From assembly GCF_000143415.4 (NCBI RefSeq), contig NW_003314300.1, forward strand, positions 1,223,014 to 1,287,013: DNA of 64,000 nucleotides, written 5' to 3'. Source of the stretch: Selaginella moellendorffii. Taxonomy: Eukaryota; Plantae; Lycopodiophyta. Of the stretch, positions 52,001 through 64,000 are shown piece after piece (the stretch's first letter is position 1; every line of letters begins with the position of its first letter). Made by a program: the position numbers and the translations under genes. The notes under the pieces were generated by a model that saw only the letters and a program-made list of their open reading frames with translations, had not been told where the DNA came from and ran no database searches.

Positions 52001-52177
52001 TAAAATAGTTTTATCCATATAAAATGTAGAGAGTTATGAAAATATAGTATAAAGTTAGGTTTTCTATAACCTTAATTTTTTAAAATTTATAATATTTGTA
52101 TTAAATTACAATTGAAAATTGAGCTCAACTCGCGAGCTCAACTTTCCAGCTCATGAGCTCAAAAGTGGTCCATGCTC
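46060..52177 (-). mobile_element. hAT-like composite relic, copy 2: TIR, decayed transposase, 96-bp array, MTase C-terminal part, TIR
   Basis: Imperfect TIRs ggggatggtcca / tggtccatgctc with subterminal TTGAGCTCA repeats at both ends; minus-strand LNIT-RWNS (~50200) and LLSIACTQIQEKVFST*SLIVS (dimerisation domain, ~49600-49670); MTase motif I LLELYYPLDSIVTDCTISNGYMVEVAYNSSRLVFAI (48233-48421). Confidence 0.7.
48508..49067. repeat. Near-homogeneous 96-bp GC-rich tandem array (~5.8 units), each unit with two 15-bp-stem inverted repeats
   Basis: tatttgaata at 48591, 48687, 48783, 48879, 48975; GGGCCCGAGGTTATT-TG-AATAACCTCGGGCCC and GAAACTGCCCGAGGT-N16-ACCTCGGGCAGTTTC. Confidence 0.97.
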
Positions 52178-52213
52178 CTTTCAACAATTGTTGCTCTAGA
52201 TCAAACATGTTCA

Positions 52214-53064
52214 TTACCCAGCAGCATTTTCCCTTGTAGATGAAGGGACGAATGTGTTGAAGAAGCTGGTTACATAGTGCTGGTCGCGCGTTGTCCACGT
52301 GAGACCAAGCTCTGGAATGTGGATCGAAAGTTGGGAGTATCTCCTGCCTAGTGGTGTAGAAGAAAGGTCAGCCCCGTAGAGGTGATCCCAGTGAGCTTGA
52401 CCTGCTGAAGAAGGGGCCCTCGTGCCAAGAAGATGCTGCGTGCGGACAAGTCGATCTTGCAGTTCGTAAAGTATGACAATGTGACTGGTGACATCTCTTT
52501 CGCTGTCAATGCAGAGAAGGGCTGGGTGTATGTAGACGACTTCTAAAGGGAAATGGAACTGGTGGAAGCGCCTTCCAGATTGGATTCCCCACAGCCAAAG
52601 TCGTCGATTCCGAGTGTTCCACGAGCATCCCACAGACGAGCCCGTTGGACGAGCACAAGCCCACAAAACACGATCCCGGAGGGCCTAGTGGAAGGATGCA
52701 CCTCTTGCGCTGGGATCTGTGTGGACGCCATAGCTCGGCGTGATTCTCCAGTGTCATGCCATAGTCGAAACGATCGTCAGTGTACATGTAACGACGCTGC
52801 CTACAGCCACGACACCTGCGAATGCGTCCTTTGACTCGTGACCGGCCGGCCCGTGCGCACCCTGAACACGGCCCAGGGCTCCAGCGGTGGCTTGTAGAGC
52901 TGCACGAAACGAGGAGAGAGCACAGGATCGTGCCAAGACTTGCACACCGCCCACAATGTGAACAAGTCTGGGACGTCCAGGAAGCTCAAGATGTGCAGCA
53001 CTAGCGATGGCTCCGTGACGCACTCGAAATTTCCGCAGCGACCCAAGGCGCTCCATTTCCCCAT
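52214..53064 (-). pseudogene. F-box protein pseudogene
   Basis: LVLHILSFLDVPDLFTLWAVCKSWH, CSSNGLVC, GNPIWKALPPVP; stops and frameshifts. Confidence 0.8.
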
Positions 53065-53301
53065 TCTCTTATTTAGAAAAATTCTCCTTCACTTATAGGG
53101 AGCATCTTTTAGTTTCATGGACGCGCCAGAATTGCTTGTTCGAGTTTGTGTGCTGTCCAAGATTTCCTCCAGATTCAATCACTTGTCAAGGACGCCTGTG
53201 TGTAGTGTAGAGAGACGAACCTCCAGCAGCCATGGCTGTTAGCACTGCTACTCTTGCTAGCACTGTTTTTTTACTAATTTTATAATATATTAATTTCATA
53301 T

Positions 53302-56300
53302 TGTGAAGGCCAAATATGTGGTTATGATGTTATATACTAATATTAGCATAATGGGATTTTGGTAGCCGTTGGATTGGTTTTAATTCGAACCACTCGCTTT
53401 TGTATATAAATTAGAGTTTTTAAGGTAATTGATATGTATATTTTCTATCCATATTCCAAACACTCACATTAATGGAGGTGAAAGGCAATTTTCATTATCC
53501 CTGAGGAATGCTTGAATTTTGGATTTTGGTTTAGATCTAACTTTTGCATTGTCGAAATTTAGCTTTTTCCATTTCTTTTTTTTTTTTCTTTCCTTTCAGA
53601 CTTTTTCCATTGTCTAGATTTCCTTTTCCTTCTAGTTTTTTCTCATTTATCTTCTTTTGCTCTTTCTTTTTCATTCATCTTCATGGTTAATAGTTTCCTC
53701 CTCTAACTTTGGAGCAGCAATTAGTACAATTGCTTGATGCCAATGCAATAGAACAACTAAACTCAATTAATGACAACATTCACGGCATATGGTCCAACTC
53801 CTCTTACTCTTGGTACCAATCTTCATGTTCGGCCAAAGTTCTTTCGTGGGAATTTTGGGGATAATGTGTACCATTGGTTCAATCACTTCACGGTGATTAC
53901 CTATCATACTTGGGATAATGCTTGACATTTGTGTGAGTTTCACCATGTCTTCAAGGGACAGTGCTATAGTGGTACAATGGTTTGAGTGTAACCATTCGTG
54001 GGGATTGGAGTGTTCTCCTAGACATCTTCAAATGCGCATTTGAACATGCTGACAATTGTGATGATGCCTTCCAGCAATTGCAACATCTTCGTTAAGGGCC
54101 ATCTGAGTCGATGATGCAATTTGGCGTTCGTTTCCAAAGCCTCTTGCTTCGTGCAGAACTAAATATGTTGGAGCGGATCAAGCTAGGAATGTTGTGGCTA
54201 GCACTTCCTCAAGATCTTGTTGGACTTGTGCATGCACTTGCTTCAACCACCCTTGATGATGCTCTTCACTTGGCACAACGTTATGAGATGTCGCCTTTTC
54301 CACTTCTCGCTACACATCTTTCTACTCCACTTCCTAAGGGCGATGGTGTTGTTCCAATGGAGGTTATTGCTACTCGAGTCCAAGGATAAGGGCAAGGATG
54401 TGGTCATGGCCGTGATGTTCGTTGCTGGGCGTGTGATGAAGTTGGTCATACTTATTAGTGTTGTCAGTGTTTTCCGGATTGGAGACCTCCTTTCCTGGGT
54501 GGAGACTTAGGCGTCAATAATGTTTTGTTGGTGCTGTTGCAGTGAAAGGTCTGGACACCGAGATGCATCTGGGAAGTGAGGAGTCACGTAAGTAACGGAG
54601 GGACCTTGTGTAAATAAGTCAATAACCTCTTCATCTTTCTTTCAAGAGTATCATCAAGGGGTTCACTCAACACCAGTTCATCAAGTGTTTACTTTCTAAG
54701 CTCATTTTTATAAAAAAAAGTCTCATATTATTCTCTTTATATTGGTTGATATAGGTTCGAGTTTGCTCGACTTATTGTCACACATTGCTGTCTATACTTA
54801 CGTTGTGCGGTGGAGCCAATTTTTATTCTTTATGGTAATGGCCATACACATGTATGTGCACCAGATGAGGAGGACTTAGTTGTGCATGTGGGCAATCTCG
54901 AGCTTGGGTTGCAGTCATTGCAGGTGGTGCCGAGTCAAGTTTTTTACCTCATCCTTGGTATGGATTGGTTGCAGTGCAATCATGCTAAGTGTGATTTTGA
55001 AGCTTTTCCCCCTTGTTTCATACTTCCTCCTCTGGTTGTAATGTATGGCTTATATACACAATAGGATGGTGCTGACTAAGCACACTTGGGCTCTCTTGCA
55101 TCAACACACTTCCAAGACCAATATCAAAGGCATCTACGTACAAAATAAAAAGTCGAGTGTAGTTAGGATATGCCTCTCACTTCCATACCTTTTCATCCTC
55201 TACTTTTACCTCTGCTTCCATTACTTTTGTCCCTCCATTATTTCCTTCTATGTTTCTATTTTGTTCTACTCTTCCCTTTTCCGATCCTCCCGACCATCTT
55301 TGTGCTATAGTGGTTGACTGGCTTATGAAGGAGTATTCTGATCTCTTTGAATTTAACCTATCTTCTAGGACCAAGATTACCACACATCATCTGATTCCAA
55401 CCAAGGATGCTCATCCAATCAAGGTTTCTGTTCGTTGTCGGTCATCCAAAGAGATCAAGATTTTACTTGTTAACATCAAGGAGATGTTGGAGAAGGGTGT
55501 TATTCGGAAGTTACAGAGTCCTTGGGCATGTGAACCTTATCTTGTGAAGAAGCCTGATGGGAGTATTCATTTTTGTATCGACTATCATCCATTAAACAAA
55601 GTGACGATCCCAGATGTGTACACTTTTCCTCACATTGCTGATCTTTTGGATCGTCTAGGGTAAAGTCATTGGTTCACCAAGTTAAATCTTGCTTCTGGGT
55701 ATTAGCAAGTACTGATGGCTGAAGAAAATATTCTTAAGACTACTTTTTATATACCGTTTGGTTTGTACGAGTTTTTGGTGATGCCATTTAGTTTAAACAA
55801 TGCTCTAACAACTTTTTAGTGGATGATGGACGAAGTTCTTTGCGATATACAGAAGGTAATTGTTAACTTCATTAATGATATCTTGATCTATTCGAAGGGG
55901 ACATAGGAGAAGCACATTCGTGATGTTTGTAAAGTGTTGGATCGGCTATGGGACATTGGTTTAAAGTTGAAGTTGTCAAAGTGCGTGTTTGGGTTCAAGG
56001 ACACAACTTAACTTAGGTATTATATTTCTTATGAGGGTTTGCAAATTGATCCTGATAAACTTATGCCTATTCTAAAGTTCCCTACTCCAAAGTTTGTGAA
56101 TGATGTGCAACACTTTTTGGGCAAGGTGTAGTATCTTGGTTGTTTTGTGAATCATCTTTTTGATTGCATTGCACAATTGTGAGCGTTGCTAAAGTCATCA
56201 ACATCATCTTTTAACTGGTCCCTGGATTGTGAACGGGCGTTCATGGATCTCAAAGAGTTTTTGATGACTCCTCCAGTTTTAACATATCCTAACTACACTC

Positions 56301-59105
56301 GACTTTTTATTTTGTACGTGGATGCCTTTGATATTGGTCTTAGAAGTGTGTTGATGCAAGAGAGCCCAAGTGTGCTTAGTTAGCACCATCCTATTGTGTA
56401 TATAAGCCATACATTACAACCAGAGGAAGTGAACTACTCCACGATAGAGAAGGAGTGTTTAGCAACAGTCTAGGGTTTTTAAAAACTTCATGCATATCTA
56501 TATGATTTTTGAATGTTACTTGAAGGTGATTATACTGCTATTATTTCATTATTGAGGCGAAAGAACTTGGTTGGTTGTATTGCTCAGTGTACTTTGAAGC
56601 TTTAAATATATGATTTTGATGTTGTTCATCATCTAAAGAGTTCTATGGCTGATGTTGATGCCCTTTCTCAATCTCTTCTTCTTTCTCCACTCTCTTTTCA
56701 TGTTTTTGACGAGCTTGTTGTTCTAGCATTTATGAATTTTCTCAACAAGGATTTTGTGCTATTGGCGGTTGCTGTACTTGATGTTATGTGTCAACAAGGT
56801 GTAAAGCAAAATCTCCTTCTCTTGATGAGGTTCACAAGACTCAAAAGCTTGAACCATGGATTTGAAGGCTTCGAGATGGGTTTGAGAATCCTACATCACT
56901 TGCTAATGACTTCCCATTCCGGCATTTACATTCTCAATATTGCCTTAAAAATGGCCTTCTTTATTTTGTGGGGACGGATCTTGATAATTCTTTACGGTTG
57001 GTGGTGCCTTCTGTCTTTATTCCATAGTTTCTCCATGTTTACCATGATTCTCCTATTCTAGGTGGGTATATGAAATATTGTCATGTGACCGAGAAGCTAT
57101 GCAAGTCTTTCTATTGCCCAGAGATATGACGTGATGTTATCTAGTATGTGCGTAGCTGTGTTTCGTGCCAAGCTTGTAATACTCCCTTTTGTGCCGTGGA
57201 AAGACAGTTGGAGTCAATTGCAGTTTCCCATCCATTTAAGTTGGTGGCATTTGATTTTATGGGACCTTTTCCATGATTGACTGCTAGCAATGAATATGTT
57301 ATTATTGCTTCTGACTATTTAACTCATTGGGTGGAAGTTAGTGCTCTTGCTAACACCTCTACAACTGCTATTGGATACTTCCTCCTTAATCGAATGGTGT
57401 TCCAGCATTCTTGTTTGGAACGGATTCTTTCAGATAATGGTCTCGCATTTAAGGCTGAGGCATTTCATGTTTTGATATCTCGGTTAGGGATACGCCATGT
57501 GTTTATCATCCACAGTTAGACGGTTTGGTGGAATGGCTTGTTTGGACATTCAAAGGAATGATCGCAAAGTATGTGAACTTTTAGCATTCGGATTAGGATG
57601 GTTATTTGCCATCTCTTTGCTATGCATATATCACAGGGGTGCAGAGTTCTACTGATGCTTCACCATATAAACTTCTATATGGTCATGATCCAATATTACC
57701 AACGGAGTTGGGTTTACCTTTGCGATTGCCACGAACTGCCAATGCTAGGTCGTGGGATCAATATTTGATGAGCATTCTTCCACTTATCCGAGTAGAGTCT
57801 GCCGAACACTTAGGCCACGTACAAGTGGGTGGAACAACAGTGCTACAACTCCCATTATCGTCCATCTGCGGAGTACAAAGTGGATGACTTGGTGTTAATC
57901 TATTTTCCCCATCTTACAGTATATGGTTTATCTAAGAGCCTCCTTGCTCAGTGGAAAGGACTATATCAGGTGCTGCGGCAAGTTGGACCGCAAGTTTATG
58001 AGGTTCAACATAACATCCAACAGGCCGATCCTCTAGAAATTATGCATGTGCAATGGTTGAAATGCTTCATACAAAGGGATTAAGAACAATTAATATCACT
58101 TACAGATCCACCGATGCCTCCTCCTAACGTTCCTTTAGATCCCAGCCTATCTACAAGAGAACCCTAATGATCTTCTATTATTCCAAGAGGAGGGTATGCT
58201 GTAAGGTCCAAGTGTATGGCTATGATGCTGTATACTAATATTATTGTAGTGGGATTTTGGTAACTGTCGGATTAATTTCATTCCAGACCACTTGCTCCAG
58301 TATATAAACTAGGGTTTTTAGGTTGTTTAGACATTCAAAGGAATGATCGCAAAGTATGTGAACTTTTAACATTCAAATTGGGATGGTTATTTGCCATCTC
58401 TTCAGTATGCATATATCACAAGGGTGCAAAGTTCTATTGGTGCTTCACCATATAAACTCTTATATAGTCATGATTCAATATTATCAATGGAACTAAGTTT
58501 ACCTTTGTGATTGCCACAAACTACGATGCTAGATCGTAGGATTAGTATTTGACAAGTATTCTTCCATTTGTCCAAATAGAATCCACTAAACACTTAGGTT
58601 GCATACAAGTGGGACAACAACAATGCTACAATTCCCATCATCGTCCACTTGCAAAGTACAAAGTGAATGACTTGATGTTAGTGTGTTTTCCCCATTTTAC
58701 GATATATGGTTTAGTTAAAAGGCTCCTTACTCAGTGGAAAGGACCATATTGGGTGTTATGGCAAGTTGAACCATAAGTTTATAAGGTTTGGCATAATATC
58801 CAACATGCCAATCCTCCAAAAATTATGCATGTGCAACAATTGAAACGTTTCATACAAAGGGATCAGGAACAATGGATACCACTTATAAATCTGCCAATGC
58901 CTCCTCCTAATGTTCCTCCTAGATCCTGGTCTATCTACAAAAGAACCCTGATAGTCTTCTATTATTATGAGAGGAAGGGATGATATAAGGTCCAAGTGTA
59001 CGGCTATGATGCCATATATTAATATTAGCATAGTGGAATTTTAATAACTATCAAATTGATTTCTAATTGCTATACATGTTTTCTATATTTCCTTTCCAAC
59101 TCACA
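53302..59105 (+). mobile_element. Ty3/gypsy element (gag-PR-RT-RH-INT) with ~167-bp LTRs and a duplicated 3' end
   Basis: LTRs at 53302-53468, ~58200-58322 (truncated) and ~58984-59105; LILGMDWL, SPWACEPYLVKKPDGSIHFCIDY, SDNGLAF, WKGPY; two PPTs. Confidence 0.9.
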
Positions 59106-60799
59106 CTGGAGTTTAGTCTTTTCTGATAAAACTTATATAAAAGCCTTTACAAATCAGATTCATACTATATTGAAAATTCAGTATGCAGTTCAGTAATCAA
59201 TCCACCTTTAGGGTTACCCTTACTTTGAAGTGTTAAAAAATGTCAAGTTGGAATGGGCGGAAGTTTTATCAAGTTTTTGTGATGGGCAACCATGAGTTCT
59301 ACGAGAAAGTTTTGCTTGCTGGACAAGGATCACATGGGGCTCCTGGTGGAGACGTGTCTGGAGCAGGACAGGATCATCTACAAGCCGCATAACCTCATAT
59401 CCAGAGTGTGGTTTCAACATGTGATCACCATCGAGCTGTGCATCCATGTCCCAAGGCCAGCATTCCTAGCCAGATACATCTAACTTCCTGCCAACGAGGA
59501 AGTCTCCAGCTTTATCGCTCTCAAACACTAGATGATTTAAGGAAATCATGTATGTGGCTGTGAAAATTGACTGTTCATTTAGTTTCAAGATCTGGACCGT
59601 CCCTTCAACTATTCCACGAGCTTGGATATTTAGGGTTCTAGTGGGGCAATGCAGCAGCCGCAGCAACACAATCTGGCAGTGCTACACGGATTTGGGATGG
59701 CAGTAGGATCTTGTGGTGCAAATCAAGCAATGGATTCAGGACGGTAGCAGCAGCAGTAAAAGCAAGGATCAGGCGGTGCTACAGATGGAATGGCAAGAGA
59801 ATTGCAGGTATTTCCTTACCCTTGCTTCGAGAGTTAGTTGACGTATAGAAACAAGGAGAGCTTCTTAAGGTCCAAGGCAGCAGGATCAAGGTGCTGGAAA
59901 TTCTCAAGATTTTGATCTGGAAGATGAGGATGTACAGATAGGCCAAGGAAATTTTGAAGTGGACGAAGCTGACATTCAGGCAGAGCGTGAAGAACTCGTG
60001 GAAGAAGAAATTCTACTAGCAACAGTAGAAGAAGAGCTGGACAAAGCTTGTGAGGACAATGCAGAGATATGGGATTGGTGCTTTAGAATAGGAAGCTTGT
60101 GACAAGGAGTGTGCGTCTGCTAGTTTCAGGGACAAGTTGATGAAGATTCTCTTTGGAGCTTGTCACTCAGAAAAGCTGTCCTGCTCAAATGCAATCCAGG
60201 CTTGGGATAGAAAACAATGAACTCCACATCCTTAACAAGAAAGCTTTGGGTTAGGAATGCCAGAAGTGGAACAATGGTGGTTTTGTGCTGCTCAACATGA
60301 ACCAATCATTACACAAGCTGATCATTGTCTACTGTGCTCTACAAATCAAGATAACATGCATGGCTTTCAATATCTACCTTTGCGAACAGTTCTCAAGTTA
60401 TTCACAGGCAGCTCAACTTAGTGTCGTGAATTTGGCAATCTGGAGAGCTAGAGAAAGGTGGCAAAACAGAGATCCAGATCAAGTGATCAACTAATTTTGG
60501 GATAGTGAGAAGTTTTAAAAGCTTAAAGCGTTCCCGTCCACGATCTCAAGAAGTGCTCCAGCCACTCACAAATCAACAGGTTAGTGACTGATTGGATTTG
60601 TAAAACTATGAATGATCTATGAACCACTCTAAATTCACAGGGATTTCACTATAGTTTCTAAGGCCCTGATCTCACAAGATCCAAGAACCATTGCTCGATT
60701 GCATTGTCAGGATCTCGCGGTTGACATGAAGAAGACGAGCGCAAGCTACAAAACAGGAAAGCAAAAGTAAAGCTTCCACTAGAAACTAGATCCATTCGT

Positions 60800-61195
60800 G
60801 CACCTGTGGGAAATGCTGGAGTGCGGGTATTGCACGCTAGGTCTTCGATGACATTTGATCCAAGCACGGCTACTCCTGGTCTGCACGTACTGGCACAATT
60901 GGCCCGAGCCAAGGAGGTTTTCGACGTGATGACGTACGTGACGTGGAATGCCATGCGGGCAGCATATTCCACCTGGAAGATGCTCGGAGAATACTCAATG
61001 GTCTTGCAGCGAGGCCATTGGATATGCACGGACGGCGGTGATGCATCTCCTCCCAGGAGTGCGAACGTTGATTCGATGCCTAGCCCAATTTTAATCTCGT
61101 GGAACGCTCTCCTCGCGTCCAGAGGCAGCTGCTCCAAAATTTTGGAATTGCTGGGAAGAATGAAGATCGCAGCTGTGTGCAGTGATCTGCAGGTA
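60800..61195 (+). pseudogene. PPR gene fragment
   Basis: LARAKEVFDVM..VTWNAM, DSMPSPILISWNALL. Confidence 0.6.
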
Positions 61196-61399
61196 GGAAC
61201 AGAAATAAGACAAAGAAGGTAATTAGCATTTCCTTCAAATTAAAATGACATAAATATTAAGCTCCAGGAACTTAGACGTTGAAGGATCTGGGGAAGAGTG
61301 TCTCTGAAATACACGTTTTGTAATTTCAGACAAAAAGCCATTCACAAGCATTTGCTACAAACATGACATCCTTGTATAGTAGTAGCTGATACATTTACA

Positions 61400-62370
61400 T
61401 CAAGCTCGAAGAACGTCAACGTCCAAGGTTCTGAAAATGAAGTGATTGTCCCTGAAAGGCACCCTAAGCTTGTAAACTGCCACCACCTTGGCTTCCAGGC
61501 TGCCATTGCTAGGAACTTGGATCATTGTCGCAACTTTGCAATTCTTTGAGACTCCCCAAATGTTGTTCTGGCAGCTCACAATGCTGAAGAAAAACATGTC
61601 TTGGCCAGAAGAAGCGTTAGTCAACTGGAGCGCCTCCCATGAGTTATTGCCACGTTCATATCTCCACCATGATCCGGCCATGTCAGCTTTGTAGATCCAG
61701 TTGGAGTGCACAAAGTAGTGGCACCCAGGCAACGCAGTGATGTCTGCCATTTCCCAGGAAAGACCTCAGACCGAGAAAACAAACATCTTTTTGAGAATTA
61801 ACGTTGTGCTCAAAATCATCTTGTTGCCATTGAGGACAGTGACGCTGCCAAAGGATATTGTCTCTGGTGGTGGAGGAAGAGGATCCCATCGGTCCTCCAC
61901 TGGATCATATACCTCGGGCGTCCTCTACTTCGTCAAAGTTGCCATCCACGACGTAGAGCCGACCTCCATAGTCGCAGACGCACAGAATCTTCGAGGACAC
62001 AGCATTGGTGCCACAGCGCTCAATCGGTTCATGTATGCATCGAAGACGCTCACCGATTTCTTCCAGTCCGATCCCCCAAGACTGCTGAGGGCCCTACACT
62101 TGCCTCCTGTGCCGTGGAAGTTTGGCGGAGGGCATCCACGCTTTCTTGGTGCTACTGGGATTGAACGCCATCATCAACTTCTCTCCATTAAGATTCACCA
62201 AGAATCTCCTCATCCAAGCCCTGGGCGGAGCGATCATTGTAGAACTTGTCGCTGGAGAAGAGATTCCTCCATGCTCGGCTCACCTTGCGCATTTGGTCGT
62301 GGGATGAGAGCGACACTCGCAGGAGGCACTGATAAGTGGCATCGTCGTCCAGCCAGGGCTCTACTTGCCC
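61400..62370 (-). pseudogene. F-box/kelch-repeat pseudogene
   Basis: DDDATYQCLLRVSL...RKVSRAWRNLFSS; kelch APMLCPRRFCASA, GRLYVVDG, PEVYDPVEDRWDPLP; frameshifts. Confidence 0.8.
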
Positions 62371-64000
62371 TAATCCAAGCTTTATATGAAGGGCTAACGA
62401 TTGAGAAGATCTTCTTTCAAATAGATGTGATACGAACTCACTTCATCTGTTCATTCGAGGCTCCACAATGAATACACAGGCAAACCTCCCTAGCATGATC
62501 CCAAGAGTGAAGAGACAGCACTTTCGTTGCCGGAGCCATAATCGTACAATGCCTAAGCAATCTGACAGGTCGAAAATAACGAACACAACTTAGAGCACAC
62601 AAACACAAACTAAATCAGCATTGATTACCGAGACTATCGTTTGGTGAATCTCCTCTGTAGAACCATGCTCTGGGAATGTATGAGAACCAGAGTGAGGTCA
62701 CTTTGACAACATTTCTCACCGTTGATTGTTTGGCCTCTGCAATAAAGAGCTTCGAACCAGTGACCAAAGGACCAGAAAATCATGTGGACTAAACACAAAA
62801 AGTAAGGAAAATATAAGTTCAAAAATCGCCGCCAGCCCACGTACCTTGTCCACAAAGAGCTTCGTGATGTGATCTCCAAATCTGTTTACTTGAAGACACA
62901 GCAAAAATTCCAACATGTTTAAGCTCACCTACACAAAGTGTTGGATTTTTCTGTTAAGAGAGGTTACCGCAAATGTATCCCTTTCAGATATACGTGTCAA
63001 ATATGTGTAGCACGTTTTCACCACCCTCTAGATGACAAAGCTCTAAATGCCACCAGTTATGACTATGCCTGCAAGAGAAAAAACAGAAACCAGAGTATTT
63101 TGACATCTGTGGGCAACAGCAAGCTCAAATCTGATGGTAGTATGAAAAACTTTGGTTGATAATAGAATTCACTATATAAGTATTATATTTTTAGAGCATA
63201 TACAAGTTTCTATTCACCAAAGGCTGATCCAATCTCTAAGGGCAACTACATTTACAATCCATTAAAACTTGTGACATGAACCACAATAATATTCCAAGAA
63301 TATTTCATGGTATGTGGGATTGGGAGGGTTTATTCCTTATTCATTTCATTAGTATTGTAGTAGTTGTTCTTTTAGGGATGGTAAATGAGTGGAATATAGA
63401 TTTTGATGAGAAGTATGGTGTTAGTGATGATAGTCATAACAATGAGGAAAAAACTCTCAATGGTGTTGTAATGTGGCATAGTTGCTAGATTATTAAGGTT
63501 TAGAATGTCATTAAAGAAGTTAAGAATTCCATCAATCTCATTAAGGATTTCCTCTTTCATATAGGGTTGAATCAATCTCATATCTATGATTACCATTGGT
63601 ACATTAAACATTCCATAAAGATTATGGTATTATAGAATGAAAATCATTACTAAATATTTGTAATAGCTAGGAGATTGATTCTTGGTTGGAATTATGAGAA
63701 AGTTGTTAGTCTTATAATTCTTACAAGGATAAAGTAAAGATTTTATTTTTTTTGACGAAGCTCATGGGCCATGCTTCTTCGTGGTGGAAGAATTACATCA
63801 AAACTACTTCTAAAACAATTTCTTAGAATGGATTTTCTACATTTCATTTGTCAAGAAGTTTGAAAAGATTGATCTTGTGAACCAGTTGCTAAAGATCAAA
63901 TAGAGGACTTTGTCTTTAGATGCATATGCCCATCAATTCCATGATCTTTGCCTTAATCTTATAGATATTTTTAATGAGCTGTTAAAGGTGCAATATTTTA

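Noticed and set aside
46052-52186. 8-bp TSD for the hAT-like element (cctccaag vs ctttcaac)
   Set aside because: Only a partial match and offset by one base; not used as evidence.
59220-60500. Gene-like acidic fragments
   Set aside because: Interrupted by stops and not assignable to any family by eye.

Overview
Plant nuclear genomic DNA with very short introns, tightly packed genes, S-motif-rich PPR genes and F-box pseudogenes. This style suggests the lycophyte Selaginella (inference). Bases 1-17.5 kb are a GC-rich, gene-dense block: ANKRD13-like 3' end, QALGGH C2H2 zinc-finger repressor, a 7-exon conserved membrane protein, a coiled-coil/RWD (Zwint-1-like) protein, an ECHS1-type enoyl-CoA hydratase, organellar bTHX/S31, a RanBP2 zinc-finger protein and a PLS-E PPR. 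From ~17.6 kb to ~59 kb lies a nest of AT-rich transposons heavily decayed by C-to-T mutation, with a small island carrying organellar uS15. It contains two short-LTR Ty3/gypsy elements, a pogo/Fot1-like transposase, a complete 589-bp TRIM whose LTRs carry a 5S rRNA internal-promoter segment (Cassandra-like) and a related 5S-free solo LTR. It also holds an AT-rich GNA-type lectin ORF and a B3-domain gene. The main finding is two inverted, complementary relics that reconstruct to a hAT-like DNA transposon carrying a palindromic 96-bp repeat array and an intron-containing ParB-like + beta-class (N4/N6) DNA methyltransferase gene. The window ends in PPR and F-box/kelch pseudogenes. Exon boundaries and decayed translations were read by eye.
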